A stretch of DNA of 36,548 nucleotides, from positions 1 to 36,548 of the IMG/VR virus record IMGVR_UViG_3300025018_000071, one strand, 5' to 3'. Numbering within the stretch: position 1 is the stretch's first letter; each line of letters begins with the position of its first letter. Origin of the DNA: a virus (lineage: Duplodnaviria; Caudoviricetes). Both the position numbers and the translations under genes were made by a program. The notes under the pieces were generated by a model. It saw only the letters and a program-made list of their open reading frames with translations, was not told the origin of the DNA and ran no database searches. Shown here piece by piece: positions 10,901 to 18,455 of this stretch.

Positions 10901-13745
10901 CCAATATCTAATCGCTAAGCACGCCGCCGAGTTAGAAAAATTAGGAATTGAAACCGGTCGCGACTTAGAAAAAGACGCTCAGTTAATTGAGGCGTTAAAG
11001 GACAAACCGGCCGTCTCTAATATCCCGGCGCAAATTGTAGGCACTAAAGCTAAAACAACCTTTAATTCTAGCGACTACACTTACGATAAAATGGCGCAAA
11101 AAGTTGTTAATTATTCGCATTATATTTTAGATTATGCCGTGTCAGCGGAGTTAATTAGCCCGGAATTTCGCGCTAAGTTAATTGAGACTTACCCTGATTA
11201 TGTTCCTTTTAAACGAGTCTTTAATGAAGTCGAACAAAATAATATGGGAGGTGCAGGTAGCAAAGCAGTTGCCTCTTTAAGCCGACAAAGTATTGTCCAA
11301 AAAATTGAGGGCTCTAAACGCCAAATTGAAAGTCCTATCGGATCGTTATTATCTAAAACTAACGACGTCTTTAAACAGGGCGAAAAAAATAAGGCAGCTA
11401 AAATATTAATATCTTATAAAGATTTGCCAGGGAATCCATTTGAAATAAAAGAGCTAATCCCGGAAGAAGTAACTATCCAGCAAAAATCTAAGAAAGGTAA
11501 ATTATTTAATAAAAAAGTTTGGAAAATTACCGGCGACACAAATAATACTATTTCTTATCTTGATAAAGGAATTAAGCGCACTTTTGCCATTAATCCCGAC
11601 GTAGCTCGAGCGGCTAAGGCTCTCGACGTGCAGAAATTAAACGTGCTTGGTCAGATATTCGCGTTGCCGACGAGAATAGCTCGTTTAGGAATTACCTCTT
11701 TGAACGTTCCGTTTACTGTCTCCAATGTCTTAAAAGACCAAACCACGGCTTTTATTAATTCTAATAATCCGGTTAAAACCTCTATCGCAAATCCTAAAGT
11801 TTTCTTCCGGGCCATGCTAGAAATTGCTAAGCACGGTAATTTATACGAAGAAATAACTCGCGCCGGTGGCAGTGGCACGTCTTACGATATTTCAAGAAAT
11901 CAAATTGCACCGACCATTAAAAAGATTCGCGCCGGTCGCTCTATCTTTTCTAAAATAAAATATACCGTTACAAGGCCAGCGGAAATGATAAGAGCGCTTG
12001 AGGATATTATCGGAGCTAGTGAAGAATTTACTAGAACCAAACAATACCTAGGAACTAAGGAGTCTTTACTAAAACAAGGACTATCTGAGTCAGAGGCAAG
12101 AATCGGAGCAGCTCGAGCTTATAACGAGGACACCGTAAACTTTGCGCGCCGGGGCGAGTGGGGACAGGTTTTAAATTCTACATTTTTATATCTTAATGCT
12201 GGAATCCAAGGAACTAGAAATCTATTAAGAAATCTTAAATCTAAACCAACCGGCACCGCAGTTAAAATTGCTCTTGCGGCTTTAGTGCCAATGGCAATGG
12301 CGACAATTGCTAATCTAAAAGACGAAAAGACCAAAAAAATATACGACGATATTCCTGACTGGGAAAAGCAAAACAACATGATTATTATTCCGCCGAACGC
12401 TAAAGTAGACGCTCACGGAAAATATAACGTGATTAAGATTCCAATTTCTCAAGAAATTAATAATCTAACCAATTTTACCCGTAAGTCTATCGAGGCTCTT
12501 TACGGAGCAAGCACTGTCGGCTTTAATGACCTAGCTAGCGCAATATTTGGCACTGTAACGCCATTTAATCTTAATTTACGTGAAACTGCCTCTCAATTGA
12601 CTCCTCAGGCCTTAAAACCGACTATTGAGGGATTAGCCAATACTGACCTCTATACTGGCAATAATATCGTCTCTAAATACATGACTAGCCTGCCACCGGA
12701 ACAACAAGTCTATGACGATACCTCCGGGACGGCTAGAAAAATTGGAGCAGTTTTAGGAGTCTCTCCTTTGCAGGTTGAACACTTCTTGAAAAATACTTTT
12801 GGCGAAGTTTCTTTGCAGGCCGAAAATCTATCTGACAAAATATTAAATGCTCTTGGTTATATTCCCAGCAACCAAATTGGCGGCCGCGGAATAATCGAGG
12901 GAACTTTAAGACGTTTTGCAACCGCCTCCTCCGGCGCTACTAATCAAGCCGTTAAAGACGAATTAAACGTCGCGCTTGGAGACGTGAGCGGAAAACTCGA
13001 TAAAGCTAAATCCGACTTTAAACCAACCTATGACGAAATCATGAGTCTTTATGAGGAGGGTAACGACGCTAAAGCAAAGGAAATGATAGACGGATTAAGC
13101 GACGCCGATTATACCCTTTATAAAGCCTTGAAAAAAATTGACGCTACTAAAAAATCTAACCAGGAAAAAATTACAATTTTCCCGACCTATACCAAGTGGA
13201 AACAATTAATCGAGGCCGGCCAAGATAATGAGGCCCAGAAAGTTTTAGACGATATGTCCGACGAGGAATATAAAGCCTTTAAATCATTAAGGACTAGCCT
13301 TGATAAAAAAATTGAATCAGGCGCTAGCGACGCCGTCGAAACTATTACTCCTCAGGACCAGGCAGGATTTTTCTCGGGAATTTCGTTATATGCTAAAGCT
13401 ATTGGAACTGATCCACTAACGGCTTTTAATAGAATCTTTACCGGACAAAAAATAACTAAGTTAGTTAATGGAACTATTATAGTTGAGCGCATGTCTCTTG
13501 ACGAAAGCCAGGCGGTTAAGGCGTCTCGAGGTGGAAAAAATGACGAGTGGAAATTGGACCATACTGTCCCCCTAGAATTAGGAGGCAGTAATAGCGGCAG
13601 CAATTTGGAGTTAGTCCCGACCTCAGTTTGGGCAAGTTATACCGCCAAGGAAAACGAGCTCGGCCGAAAATTAGCCGCCGGCGAAATAACTAAGCAGGAG
13701 GCGCAGGCGCAAATTAAGGAATTTAAAAAGAATATGCCTAAATAA
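4914..13745 (+). CDS. Giant polyvalent internal virion protein (2943 aa): J-domain, wHTH, N6/N4 DNA methyltransferase, ART-like domain, LPD5/LPD1-like regions, two zincin motifs, LPD38-like region, degenerate HNH
   Basis: KTHPDAGG (J-domain); MIFLDIPY plus TEKP..VVLDPFAGSG (beta-class MTase); LYHQT..NIPDILENGF..VFFT; DFGEKIGG; GGEFGNW..AHEWFH..EEMLARAF; HELIH..EEVLARGF; IPDWEKQNNMII..KIP; DHTVPLELGGSN..NL. Confidence 0.8.
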   Translation: MSTWDELNKAAGAPATKLSGSTKSSPAPSGWGALNAQAEKAMTPVKINTPVETKTAGVKTGLNAAGEKAFLSNPYSNAPLPKSEAPKTTPIKINEMPTVKINTNTANSTPAISETNVNPVSLIADLAKGIYNQYANPSESTIKAEQALGYTPTAKAKTGLEKVERVVSAPIRTIGKAFVRTFSPALEPMAETIGQVAATGEISDKVASGELPPEALDTLTALNKKWYQVVGDSTQAVLVAYTPSLLKDVFKNSILSGAVSGLEAGTTFGGAQVLSSGEKDPAKIAEILLKSAIAGSIFGTATGFLGGVSKRIGEDVNKKVQALDAIEIINQYADKPITKNSSLQDFKDAYYSAAKKTHPDAGGDPAVFSDVSQAYNYLIGKKTSFVKSSAETNQPVKGLLESETGKSSNALEIKKNLDKTNSKINEIVKSGQDISPAVIEELSAAKTNFNSFVETNKQPIISYEGTPGPSGESPKLNIDIVKIDDNQFSVAIEASYGQGKLLSSFDSSPSFKSQGEAILDAKSKILDWAENQPSISGASAIELQELVNQASSLNAKSEPVSKPMQTEVKSTQTSAKEKTNFEYPEPTPAEIKKYYDKYKEVLLAETKGGAEEAMKGSEIITQIVEDGNPQGKAVDISLALNQMAIEEKALIEAGPNHKIYKVGDNISFETTNGVKPGKIIELSDNGALATIEVDGDEYTVGIKNLIEAPKNQKAKVETAIKESPKTIKEIAAETKILEPNVRRILGVGAKEGTFERVDKGVYRLKKDGQDIAFIHPGDSVEILPRLAKEGFKADMIFLDIPYKTGAVTGGNRGAKFNFITVPEFKTVVESVKEITKSEKTPVFYMYSQAKSGLAQMAKYTDEMFKAGFKPVAKGEYTKLQKDGVTRTRNMRGEPDYPEGIILFTRSGEFDKGQPNLNFKMVRPKGYQTEKPAEMLNQIIKMSTDEGDVVLDPFAGSGVTGAEAVKEGRQAVLIEKSQKAIDENIKPRLEAAAKTRNVLPSTKNKYPKSVSPEQWTKGLSDKFGDTVKLYHQTDAANIPDILENGFKSGGEFGDDVFFTLEQKLDRVGGKGSDYLVVTVPKSSYDRLFPDERSMEGILTDKQLELDGDAKEELMRSYILNDKTSKGFDILMLADEIKPEWIKEEKPITKNTLTDFGEKIGGANKEAWAKRGLNISDLSQMNDREIAKYLKKDNIWLKNYDKLAAEGLPESVIMFNKVARDSLTPSIAYPYRDNTLELKQARNDQYINFIKEVKSAVEQIKTPEEIKGFYRRFVIDNGYAKEVPASYGPGTKLEYTDKQKANVFLTDKFRRAVSLNSDYDLARLTQEAKSQQFGVASENKLPTNIEIRFDGSKGDWIVAKRAGRYAQLLKTGLTSEVEAKLWVKENVSKIKTVTKKRFIPPQLSHIHRSGIDYRNNNTKNVTGEDYLKTFGFKGGEFGNWLNAQDRQTSLNFGYDALMDLSDALKISRQDVALGKTLSIAFGSRGRAGAAAHYEPDRKVFNLTKMNGAGSTAHEWFHALEDYLGADGKKLESFNDLKRSLVKNPDGTTTNYKLDSIKADGSFGKSGGYWQSQEEMLARAFASYITDKTGGKSDYLSGHSEAAVFPDAKGEIHSAFPQGAERKNINSAFDNFFTDLKDKEIFKPLETPVNNKTASYSIKDVSQFENTNRGVQAIDQMFDGEKLYKRLESSMKRLGLNFDIALFDKIYTGEMASKVVTDAKGFQTLKVIPEQAAGVVFNNRLALARTAMKFTDYHELIHIISDNMAEIPAFAKYNKIELLKEAQNVYGQKYLEKDFEEVLARGFEDFVYHRKNFTGKLKAFFSRLIYEVKQILNFTRRVNLKSFYEDVLYSKAKSITNLEVGPKRGVITRTNAGNTLDLSNGNRGSLFSKIKNEEGFIPEKYVEQKIAEAKQAGEVDLTRLEKIKRLGAEAKAKLVDFTAPIEDTLYRNLRENKMTLKPSQDIHNQIDRVLRTPTLAGQFVKDTGFDKVIREVDNIDNLDQYLIAKHAAELEKLGIETGRDLEKDAQLIEALKDKPAVSNIPAQIVGTKAKTTFNSSDYTYDKMAQKVVNYSHYILDYAVSAELISPEFRAKLIETYPDYVPFKRVFNEVEQNNMGGAGSKAVASLSRQSIVQKIEGSKRQIESPIGSLLSKTNDVFKQGEKNKAAKILISYKDLPGNPFEIKELIPEEVTIQQKSKKGKLFNKKVWKITGDTNNTISYLDKGIKRTFAINPDVARAAKALDVQKLNVLGQIFALPTRIARLGITSLNVPFTVSNVLKDQTTAFINSNNPVKTSIANPKVFFRAMLEIAKHGNLYEEITRAGGSGTSYDISRNQIAPTIKKIRAGRSIFSKIKYTVTRPAEMIRALEDIIGASEEFTRTKQYLGTKESLLKQGLSESEARIGAARAYNEDTVNFARRGEWGQVLNSTFLYLNAGIQGTRNLLRNLKSKPTGTAVKIALAALVPMAMATIANLKDEKTKKIYDDIPDWEKQNNMIIIPPNAKVDAHGKYNVIKIPISQEINNLTNFTRKSIEALYGASTVGFNDLASAIFGTVTPFNLNLRETASQLTPQALKPTIEGLANTDLYTGNNIVSKYMTSLPPEQQVYDDTSGTARKIGAVLGVSPLQVEHFLKNTFGEVSLQAENLSDKILNALGYIPSNQIGGRGIIEGTLRRFATASSGATNQAVKDELNVALGDVSGKLDKAKSDFKPTYDEIMSLYEEGNDAKAKEMIDGLSDADYTLYKALKKIDATKKSNQEKITIFPTYTKWKQLIEAGQDNEAQKVLDDMSDEEYKAFKSLRTSLDKKIESGASDAVETITPQDQAGFFSGISLYAKAIGTDPLTAFNRIFTGQKITKLVNGTIIVERMSLDESQAVKASRGGKNDEWKLDHTVPLELGGSNSGSNLELVPTSVWASYTAKENELGRKLAAGEITKQEAQAQIKEFKKNMPK

Positions 13746-13892
13746 ATGATTATTTTCTACGTCCTATTATTTATCATTTGCCTCGTTGTCGCTTATATTA
13801 TAAACGGCCTGATTTTCTTCCTATTTTTACAGTCTTTTTGCTACATGTTAAAATTAATTAATAAACTAATCCAACGCCTATGCCACAAATAA
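13746..13892 (+). CDS. Small membrane protein (48 aa), possible lysis accessory; not in the ORF track
   Basis: ATG directly after the giant-gene TAA; MIIFYVLLFIICLVVAYIINGLIFFLFLQSFCYMLKLINKLIQRLCHK; overlaps the amidase start. Confidence 0.5.
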   Translation: MIIFYVLLFIICLVVAYIINGLIFFLFLQSFCYMLKLINKLIQRLCHK

Positions 13893-14317
13893 AATCAATT
13901 TGCCTGCACCACAGCGCGGTTTCTTACAAAAAAAACCCCGACCAATTCGCCGCTAATAACGAATACCACCGCCAAAAGTGGAATTTTAAAAGCGCGCTCG
14001 GTTTTTACTTGGGTTATAATTACGAAATCAGCGCCACCGGAAAAATCCGCCAGGCACGCAAGGACGGCGAACCGACGGCGGCCGTCTATCAAAAGAACAT
14101 GAATAACGGCCAGTGTATTCATATCTGCGTTGACGGCAATTTCGACAGTGAAAAAATGCTGCCGGTCCAAGTCTTCGCCCTCCGCGATTTACTGCGTAAA
14201 CTATCGAAAGACCATAAAATTACGAAAGACAATGTGTGGTTCCACCGGGACTTTGCTATTAAAACCTGTCCCGGGAAAAATGTTGATCGTGGCTTTGTCC
14301 GTTCTTTGCTTAATTAA
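13880..14317 (+). CDS. Endolysin, N-acetylmuramoyl-L-alanine amidase (Amidase_2/T7-lysozyme type)
   Basis: ICLHHSA, GYNYEI, IHICVDGNF and HRDF..KTCPG zinc-amidase motifs. Confidence 0.85.
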   Translation: MPQIKSICLHHSAVSYKKNPDQFAANNEYHRQKWNFKSALGFYLGYNYEISATGKIRQARKDGEPTAAVYQKNMNNGQCIHICVDGNFDSEKMLPVQVFALRDLLRKLSKDHKITKDNVWFHRDFAIKTCPGKNVDRGFVRSLLN

Positions 14318-14355
14318 AAAGGTCGACTAATTAAAAAATATAATTTAAAAAAATT

Positions 14356-14613
14356 ATGAATTTAAACGATTTTCTAGGAATAGCGATAATTGGCGTCGTT
14401 TTGTCCTTATTCATGCAAGCCATTAAAGACTCAACCAGGTTGAGCGTTACCGGCAAGAAATTAGTAACCGTGATTTTAGCTTTAGTGCTAGGCACCCTCT
14501 ATTTCTTCGCCTCGCAAACCGCTTGGTGGCAGTCTTTCTTAGGAATCCTCGGAGTGGCCTCAACGTTCTACGCTCTTTTCTTAAAGGGCACAGACTTCCT
14601 GAAATCAGAATAA
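14356..14613 (+). CDS. Holin-like membrane protein (85 aa, ~3 TM helices)
   Basis: Three hydrophobic segments and a charged C-terminus; adjacent to the endolysin. Confidence 0.7.
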   Translation: MNLNDFLGIAIIGVVLSLFMQAIKDSTRLSVTGKKLVTVILALVLGTLYFFASQTAWWQSFLGILGVASTFYALFLKGTDFLKSE

Positions 14614-14679
14614 ATTGTTATCGCCACTAGACGCGCAGGCGAGACCGGCGTCCGGTAAGATAAATATCTTTTAAGCGCT

Positions 14680-14688
14680 TGTGGATAA
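14680..14688 (-). promoter_or_regulatory. Perfect DnaA box (TTATCCACA on the minus strand)
   Basis: TGTGGATAA in the non-coding late/early boundary, next to an AT-rich tract. Confidence 0.5.
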
Positions 14689-14745
14689 CTTTGATAAAAA
14701 TATATTATTTAAAAAAAATTAATCCGCAAAGTGATTTAAAAAAAC

Positions 14746-14778
14746 AAGAAAAACCCTTTATTTTAAAGGGTTTTTCTT
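14746..14778. terminator. Bidirectional intrinsic terminator-like hairpin ending the late operon
   Basis: Perfect 15-bp inverted repeat AAGAAAAACCCTTTA-ttt-TAAAGGGTTTTTCTT. Confidence 0.65.
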
Positions 14779-14795
14779 TATGCGACCGCTCGCTA

Positions 14796-14824
14796 TTGAC
14801 GGTTGCGACCGCTTGCTGTATTAT
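14796..14824 (+). promoter_or_regulatory. Sigma70-type early promoter with flanking direct-repeat operator candidates
   Basis: TTGACG-17 bp-TATTAT; TGCGACCGCTyGCT at 14781-14794 and 14804-14817. Confidence 0.7.
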
Positions 14825-14891
14825 GAAGATATAAATCGGGACCGTGTTAATCCCTCTAACAAAATAACACCTAGAATCAATCGCTAAATAT

Positions 14892-15416
14892 ATGGGTCGC
14901 ACCACTTCAACGCTAAAAATATTAATTATAATTTGGGCGTTTTTTTATTGCTCAATTATTATCTTAATTGCCAGCTTTAATTTACAGGACGAAATTAATC
15001 TAATTAATCAAGCTCAGGTTTCCGTCCCTAAGAAAAAGGCAGTCGTGATAAAAGAACTTGGCAAAATCCGAGAAGTCAGCGCCTATAATGCCGGCGACGA
15101 AAACCAATGCGACGAAGATCCTTGCATATCAGCTAGCGGCGATAATGTTTGCCAGTTATTAGAGCAAGGGATTAATGTTTGTGCTTTAAACGGCGTGCCT
15201 TTCTATACTATTTTAAAAGTCGATAGTCTAGGCGAGTGCGTCGTTTTAGATAGGACTAGCAGCAAATACGCCGGACGGGTCGACTGGGCCATGAAGAAAA
15301 ACGAAAACGTTAAGGCGCTAAAATTCGGAGTTAAAAAATTAAATATAATAATAACTAAAAAACTATGGGAAAAACCTTTAAAGACAGCGACGCTAGCGCT
15401 GCCGCAAAACAATTAG
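14892..15416 (+). CDS. Membrane-anchored 3D-domain (MltA-like) protein
   Basis: N-terminal TM helix; EVSAYN..QCDEDPCISASG..CA.N.VPF.T..VLDR..RVD pattern of the 3D domain. Confidence 0.75.
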   Translation: MGRTTSTLKILIIIWAFFYCSIIILIASFNLQDEINLINQAQVSVPKKKAVVIKELGKIREVSAYNAGDENQCDEDPCISASGDNVCQLLEQGINVCALNGVPFYTILKVDSLGECVVLDRTSSKYAGRVDWAMKKNENVKALKFGVKKLNIIITKKLWEKPLKTATLALPQNN

Positions 15417-15520
15417 GCCGTCGGGGCGGACTGGCCACCTTTAAAAAGTTTGGCAAAAAACATTTTAAAGAACTAGCAAAATCAAAGCACGCTAATAAAG
15501 ACGATAAAATTAAAGATTAA
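15365..15520 (+). CDS. Small basic protein with a KGG-like motif (51 aa); not in the ORF track
   Basis: MGKTFKDSDASAAAKQLGRRGGLATFKKFGKKHFKELAKSK...; fills the gap before recT, stopping 4 nt before its ATG. Confidence 0.6.
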   Translation: MGKTFKDSDASAAAKQLGRRGGLATFKKFGKKHFKELAKSKHANKDDKIKD

Positions 15521-15524
15521 TTTT

Positions 15525-16364
15525 ATGGATAACAAAATTCAAACAATCAAATCGGCCGACGACCTCAAGATATTCCTAGCTAAAAATTACCTGAATCAGA
15601 TTAAAAATTTTTTCTCTGACGAAAAACAAGCTATGAAATTTTTAAGCTCTGTTATGTCCTCGGTCCAAAAAATGCCTAAGTTATTGGAGTGCGAGCAAAT
15701 GTCCGTGATTAATTCTTTTATGACCATGGCTCAGCTCGGACTTATGCCCTCAGATATTTCCGGCGAGGCTTACGTCCTGCCTTACAATAAAGGCAATTCC
15801 GGCTTAGTCGCTCAGTTCCAATTAGGCTATCAGGGTTTAATCACTTTATTTTACCGGGCCGGAGTGCAGGGAATCAGATCAGAAATTGTCCGCGAGCATG
15901 ACGAATTTTCTTACGAAAACGGGGTTATCCGCCACAAGATAGATATATTCAAATCGAACGCGGAGAGAGGTTTGCCAATTGGCGCCTACGCTATCGGTTT
16001 AGTCAACGGAGTGGAAATTGCCAAGGCCATGAATAAAAAAGATATTATGGACATGGGCAAGAATTTCTCAAAATCTTTTTCAACTTCATTTACGCCTTGG
16101 AAAGAGGCCAACGACCCGGAACTGTGGATGTGGAAAAAGACAGTCTTAAAGCAGTTAGGAAAATTAATGCCGAAGAATGAATCAATTAATCGCGCAATTG
16201 CCGAAGACAATAAGGACAGCGAAGTCGGCAAAGGAGTCGAGCACATGGTCGAGGGCTCAAGTCTCCGCATGGGAAATTTATTAAAAGATAAGAATAAACA
16301 AAATGACAACCAAGAAACGGCCGGCGAAAACTCGGTTGAAGAATCTGAGAGCGCCAAAGGTTAA
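15525..16364 (+). CDS. recT: RecT-family single-strand annealing protein
   Basis: PKLLECEQMSVINS..AQLGL..GEAYVLPY..QFQLGYQGLI.L..R..MWKKTVLKQL.KLMP signature. Confidence 0.9.
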   Translation: MDNKIQTIKSADDLKIFLAKNYLNQIKNFFSDEKQAMKFLSSVMSSVQKMPKLLECEQMSVINSFMTMAQLGLMPSDISGEAYVLPYNKGNSGLVAQFQLGYQGLITLFYRAGVQGIRSEIVREHDEFSYENGVIRHKIDIFKSNAERGLPIGAYAIGLVNGVEIAKAMNKKDIMDMGKNFSKSFSTSFTPWKEANDPELWMWKKTVLKQLGKLMPKNESINRAIAEDNKDSEVGKGVEHMVEGSSLRMGNLLKDKNKQNDNQETAGENSVEESESAKG

Positions 16365-18375
16365 AGTTTGCAAAGAAGTCGAGAAAAGCAAAGAGTTTGA
16401 CGGTTTCCCTCTCGACCATTATAGCTATTCGTCCTTTAATAAATTCTCGACTAACCCGTTCATGTTTAAGGTCAATAATATCAACGGCGATTATTTAGAC
16501 GTTACTTCTAAACCGGCCAGCGTCCTCGGTAGCGCCTGCCATAAAGCCCTCGAGCAGTATTATTCCGACAAGACAGTCGACACCGGCGAAAGGATAAAGT
16601 TAGCGCACGAGGCCGGGACAGAATATCTCAAGGCCTACTCAGACGACTTAATCGAGTTTAACGACACGATTCAAAACCGCCAAAAGCTGGACGAAAAATT
16701 TGCTTTCTCTTTCTTTGGTTATTTAAAGGATATTAATTTAGAAAATAATATCAAAGAAATTCTGCTCGTTGAAAAAATGCTAAAATATAAGATTCAAGTC
16801 GGCGATAAACTGCTGCCGATTCCCCTCAAAGGGGCGGCTGACTTGGTTTATCGGGACACGGAGAATCGCATTATAATTCGTGATCATAAATTCACGAGCA
16901 AATACTCTCCTATTGAAGAAATTGACGGCGCTAAATTATTGCAGGCCGCCTTTAATTACTTCCTCGTTTACGCCGAACTGGGCGAGCGTCCCTACTCCAT
17001 GATTTATGAGGAGTTTAAGGTCGTCGAGAACCGGGACCACTCAAGGCAGACTAAGGAGTTTGAAATTATCTACGACGAGCACCCTCTAATCTTCGACTTC
17101 TTCTACCGCTTTTACGACGACGTAACCAACGCCTTGCTCGGTAAACAGGTCTTCGTCCCTAATCTGTCCACGTTTTACGATAAAGAGGTCTCAATTTTGG
17201 CCTATATCCACCGCTTGGACATTGACGAGGAAAGAGACGCGCAGTTTAAAAAATTAAAAGTCGAAAATATCACGGACTTTTTGAAGAAGAAAATCCAAAA
17301 AGACGGTGCTATGAAGAAATATCTTGAGGTTGTTTCGACCAAGTTTATATCAGGAGCAACCCTAAACTACAAAAATATGGAAATTGAAGAAAAAATTAAA
17401 ATGAAATTAGCCGAGCATGGTCTTGGCCTCGAGTTTCACTCTAAGGTTTCCGGTGGGGCCGTTACTCTTTACCGCTACGAACCGTCTATTGGCCTCAAAA
17501 TGAGCCGTATCGAGTCGTTTGTTAAAGATATAGAGCAAGTTGTCGCAATTACCGGAATCCGCATTTTAGCGCCAATTCCGAACTCTGACCTGGTTGGCTT
17601 TGAAGTGCCAAACGTTGAGCGCACTTTCCCAGTGGCGGCCCCGGACTTCGACGGCTTTAACCTGGCTATCGGCGCGGATATTATGGGAGGCACTTACCGC
17701 CTGGACATTAGAGAAACTCCGCACATGCTCGTTGCCGGTGCGACTGGCTCAGGCAAATCGGTTTTTATCAGCTCCTTAATTACCCAGCTCCAACAATTTG
17801 ATCGTAAAGAGGCCATGCTAACCTTACTTGACCCGAAAATGGTTGAGTTATCCGTCTTTAAAAACGGCAAGAATACCGAATCTTATCACTCGCAGTTTAA
17901 TGATATTGCCGGCAAATTACAGAAGTTGGTTGAGGAAATGGACAGGCGCTATGAAGTTTTACAGTCCTTTGGCTGCAAGAATCTTGAGTCTTATAATAAC
18001 GGCGAGGCAAAAATTCCCTATCTCTTTGTCTTTATCGACGAATACGGGGATTTAGTCAGCCGCGAAGACGAGCAGGTAAAAAACAGCAAGGATAAAAACC
18101 GCACAATTAAAAAGAACGTCTTGCTCCTAGCCCAAAAAGCGCGTGCCGCCGGAATCCACGTCGTCTTAACAACTCAGCGCCCGTCCATTAAAATTATAGA
18201 CGGGGACATTAAGGCCAATTTCCCGACGCGCGTTGCCTTTAGAACTTCCACCTCAACCGATAGTATCGTAACCCTGGACCAAGCCGGCGCCGAAAAATTA
18301 CTCGGTAAAGGCGACATGTTACTGCTTAATCCGGCTAAGAGTGGCCTTGAAAGACTCCAAGGTTTCAACGTTTAG
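16303..18375 (+). CDS. PD-(D/E)XK nuclease fused to an FtsK/SpoIIIE translocase (alpha + ATPase domains)
   Basis: N-half SYSS..F..NP, LGSACHKALE, VEK, LKGAADLV, IIRDHKF, Q..Y. C-half IRILAPIPNSDLVGFEVPN, Walker A GATGSGKS, Walker B VFIDEYGD, QKARAAGIHVVLTTQRP. Confidence 0.85.
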   Translation: MTTKKRPAKTRLKNLRAPKVKVCKEVEKSKEFDGFPLDHYSYSSFNKFSTNPFMFKVNNINGDYLDVTSKPASVLGSACHKALEQYYSDKTVDTGERIKLAHEAGTEYLKAYSDDLIEFNDTIQNRQKLDEKFAFSFFGYLKDINLENNIKEILLVEKMLKYKIQVGDKLLPIPLKGAADLVYRDTENRIIIRDHKFTSKYSPIEEIDGAKLLQAAFNYFLVYAELGERPYSMIYEEFKVVENRDHSRQTKEFEIIYDEHPLIFDFFYRFYDDVTNALLGKQVFVPNLSTFYDKEVSILAYIHRLDIDEERDAQFKKLKVENITDFLKKKIQKDGAMKKYLEVVSTKFISGATLNYKNMEIEEKIKMKLAEHGLGLEFHSKVSGGAVTLYRYEPSIGLKMSRIESFVKDIEQVVAITGIRILAPIPNSDLVGFEVPNVERTFPVAAPDFDGFNLAIGADIMGGTYRLDIRETPHMLVAGATGSGKSVFISSLITQLQQFDRKEAMLTLLDPKMVELSVFKNGKNTESYHSQFNDIAGKLQKLVEEMDRRYEVLQSFGCKNLESYNNGEAKIPYLFVFIDEYGDLVSREDEQVKNSKDKNRTIKKNVLLLAQKARAAGIHVVLTTQRPSIKIIDGDIKANFPTRVAFRTSTSTDSIVTLDQAGAEKLLGKGDMLLLNPAKSGLERLQGFNV

Positions 18376-18455
18376 AAACAGCAAATTTACATATTTATTA
18401 ATTAAAGTCTAGCCCGAGGTGGGATTTAACCCTCCCGGGAGGACTAAAAAAAGTT

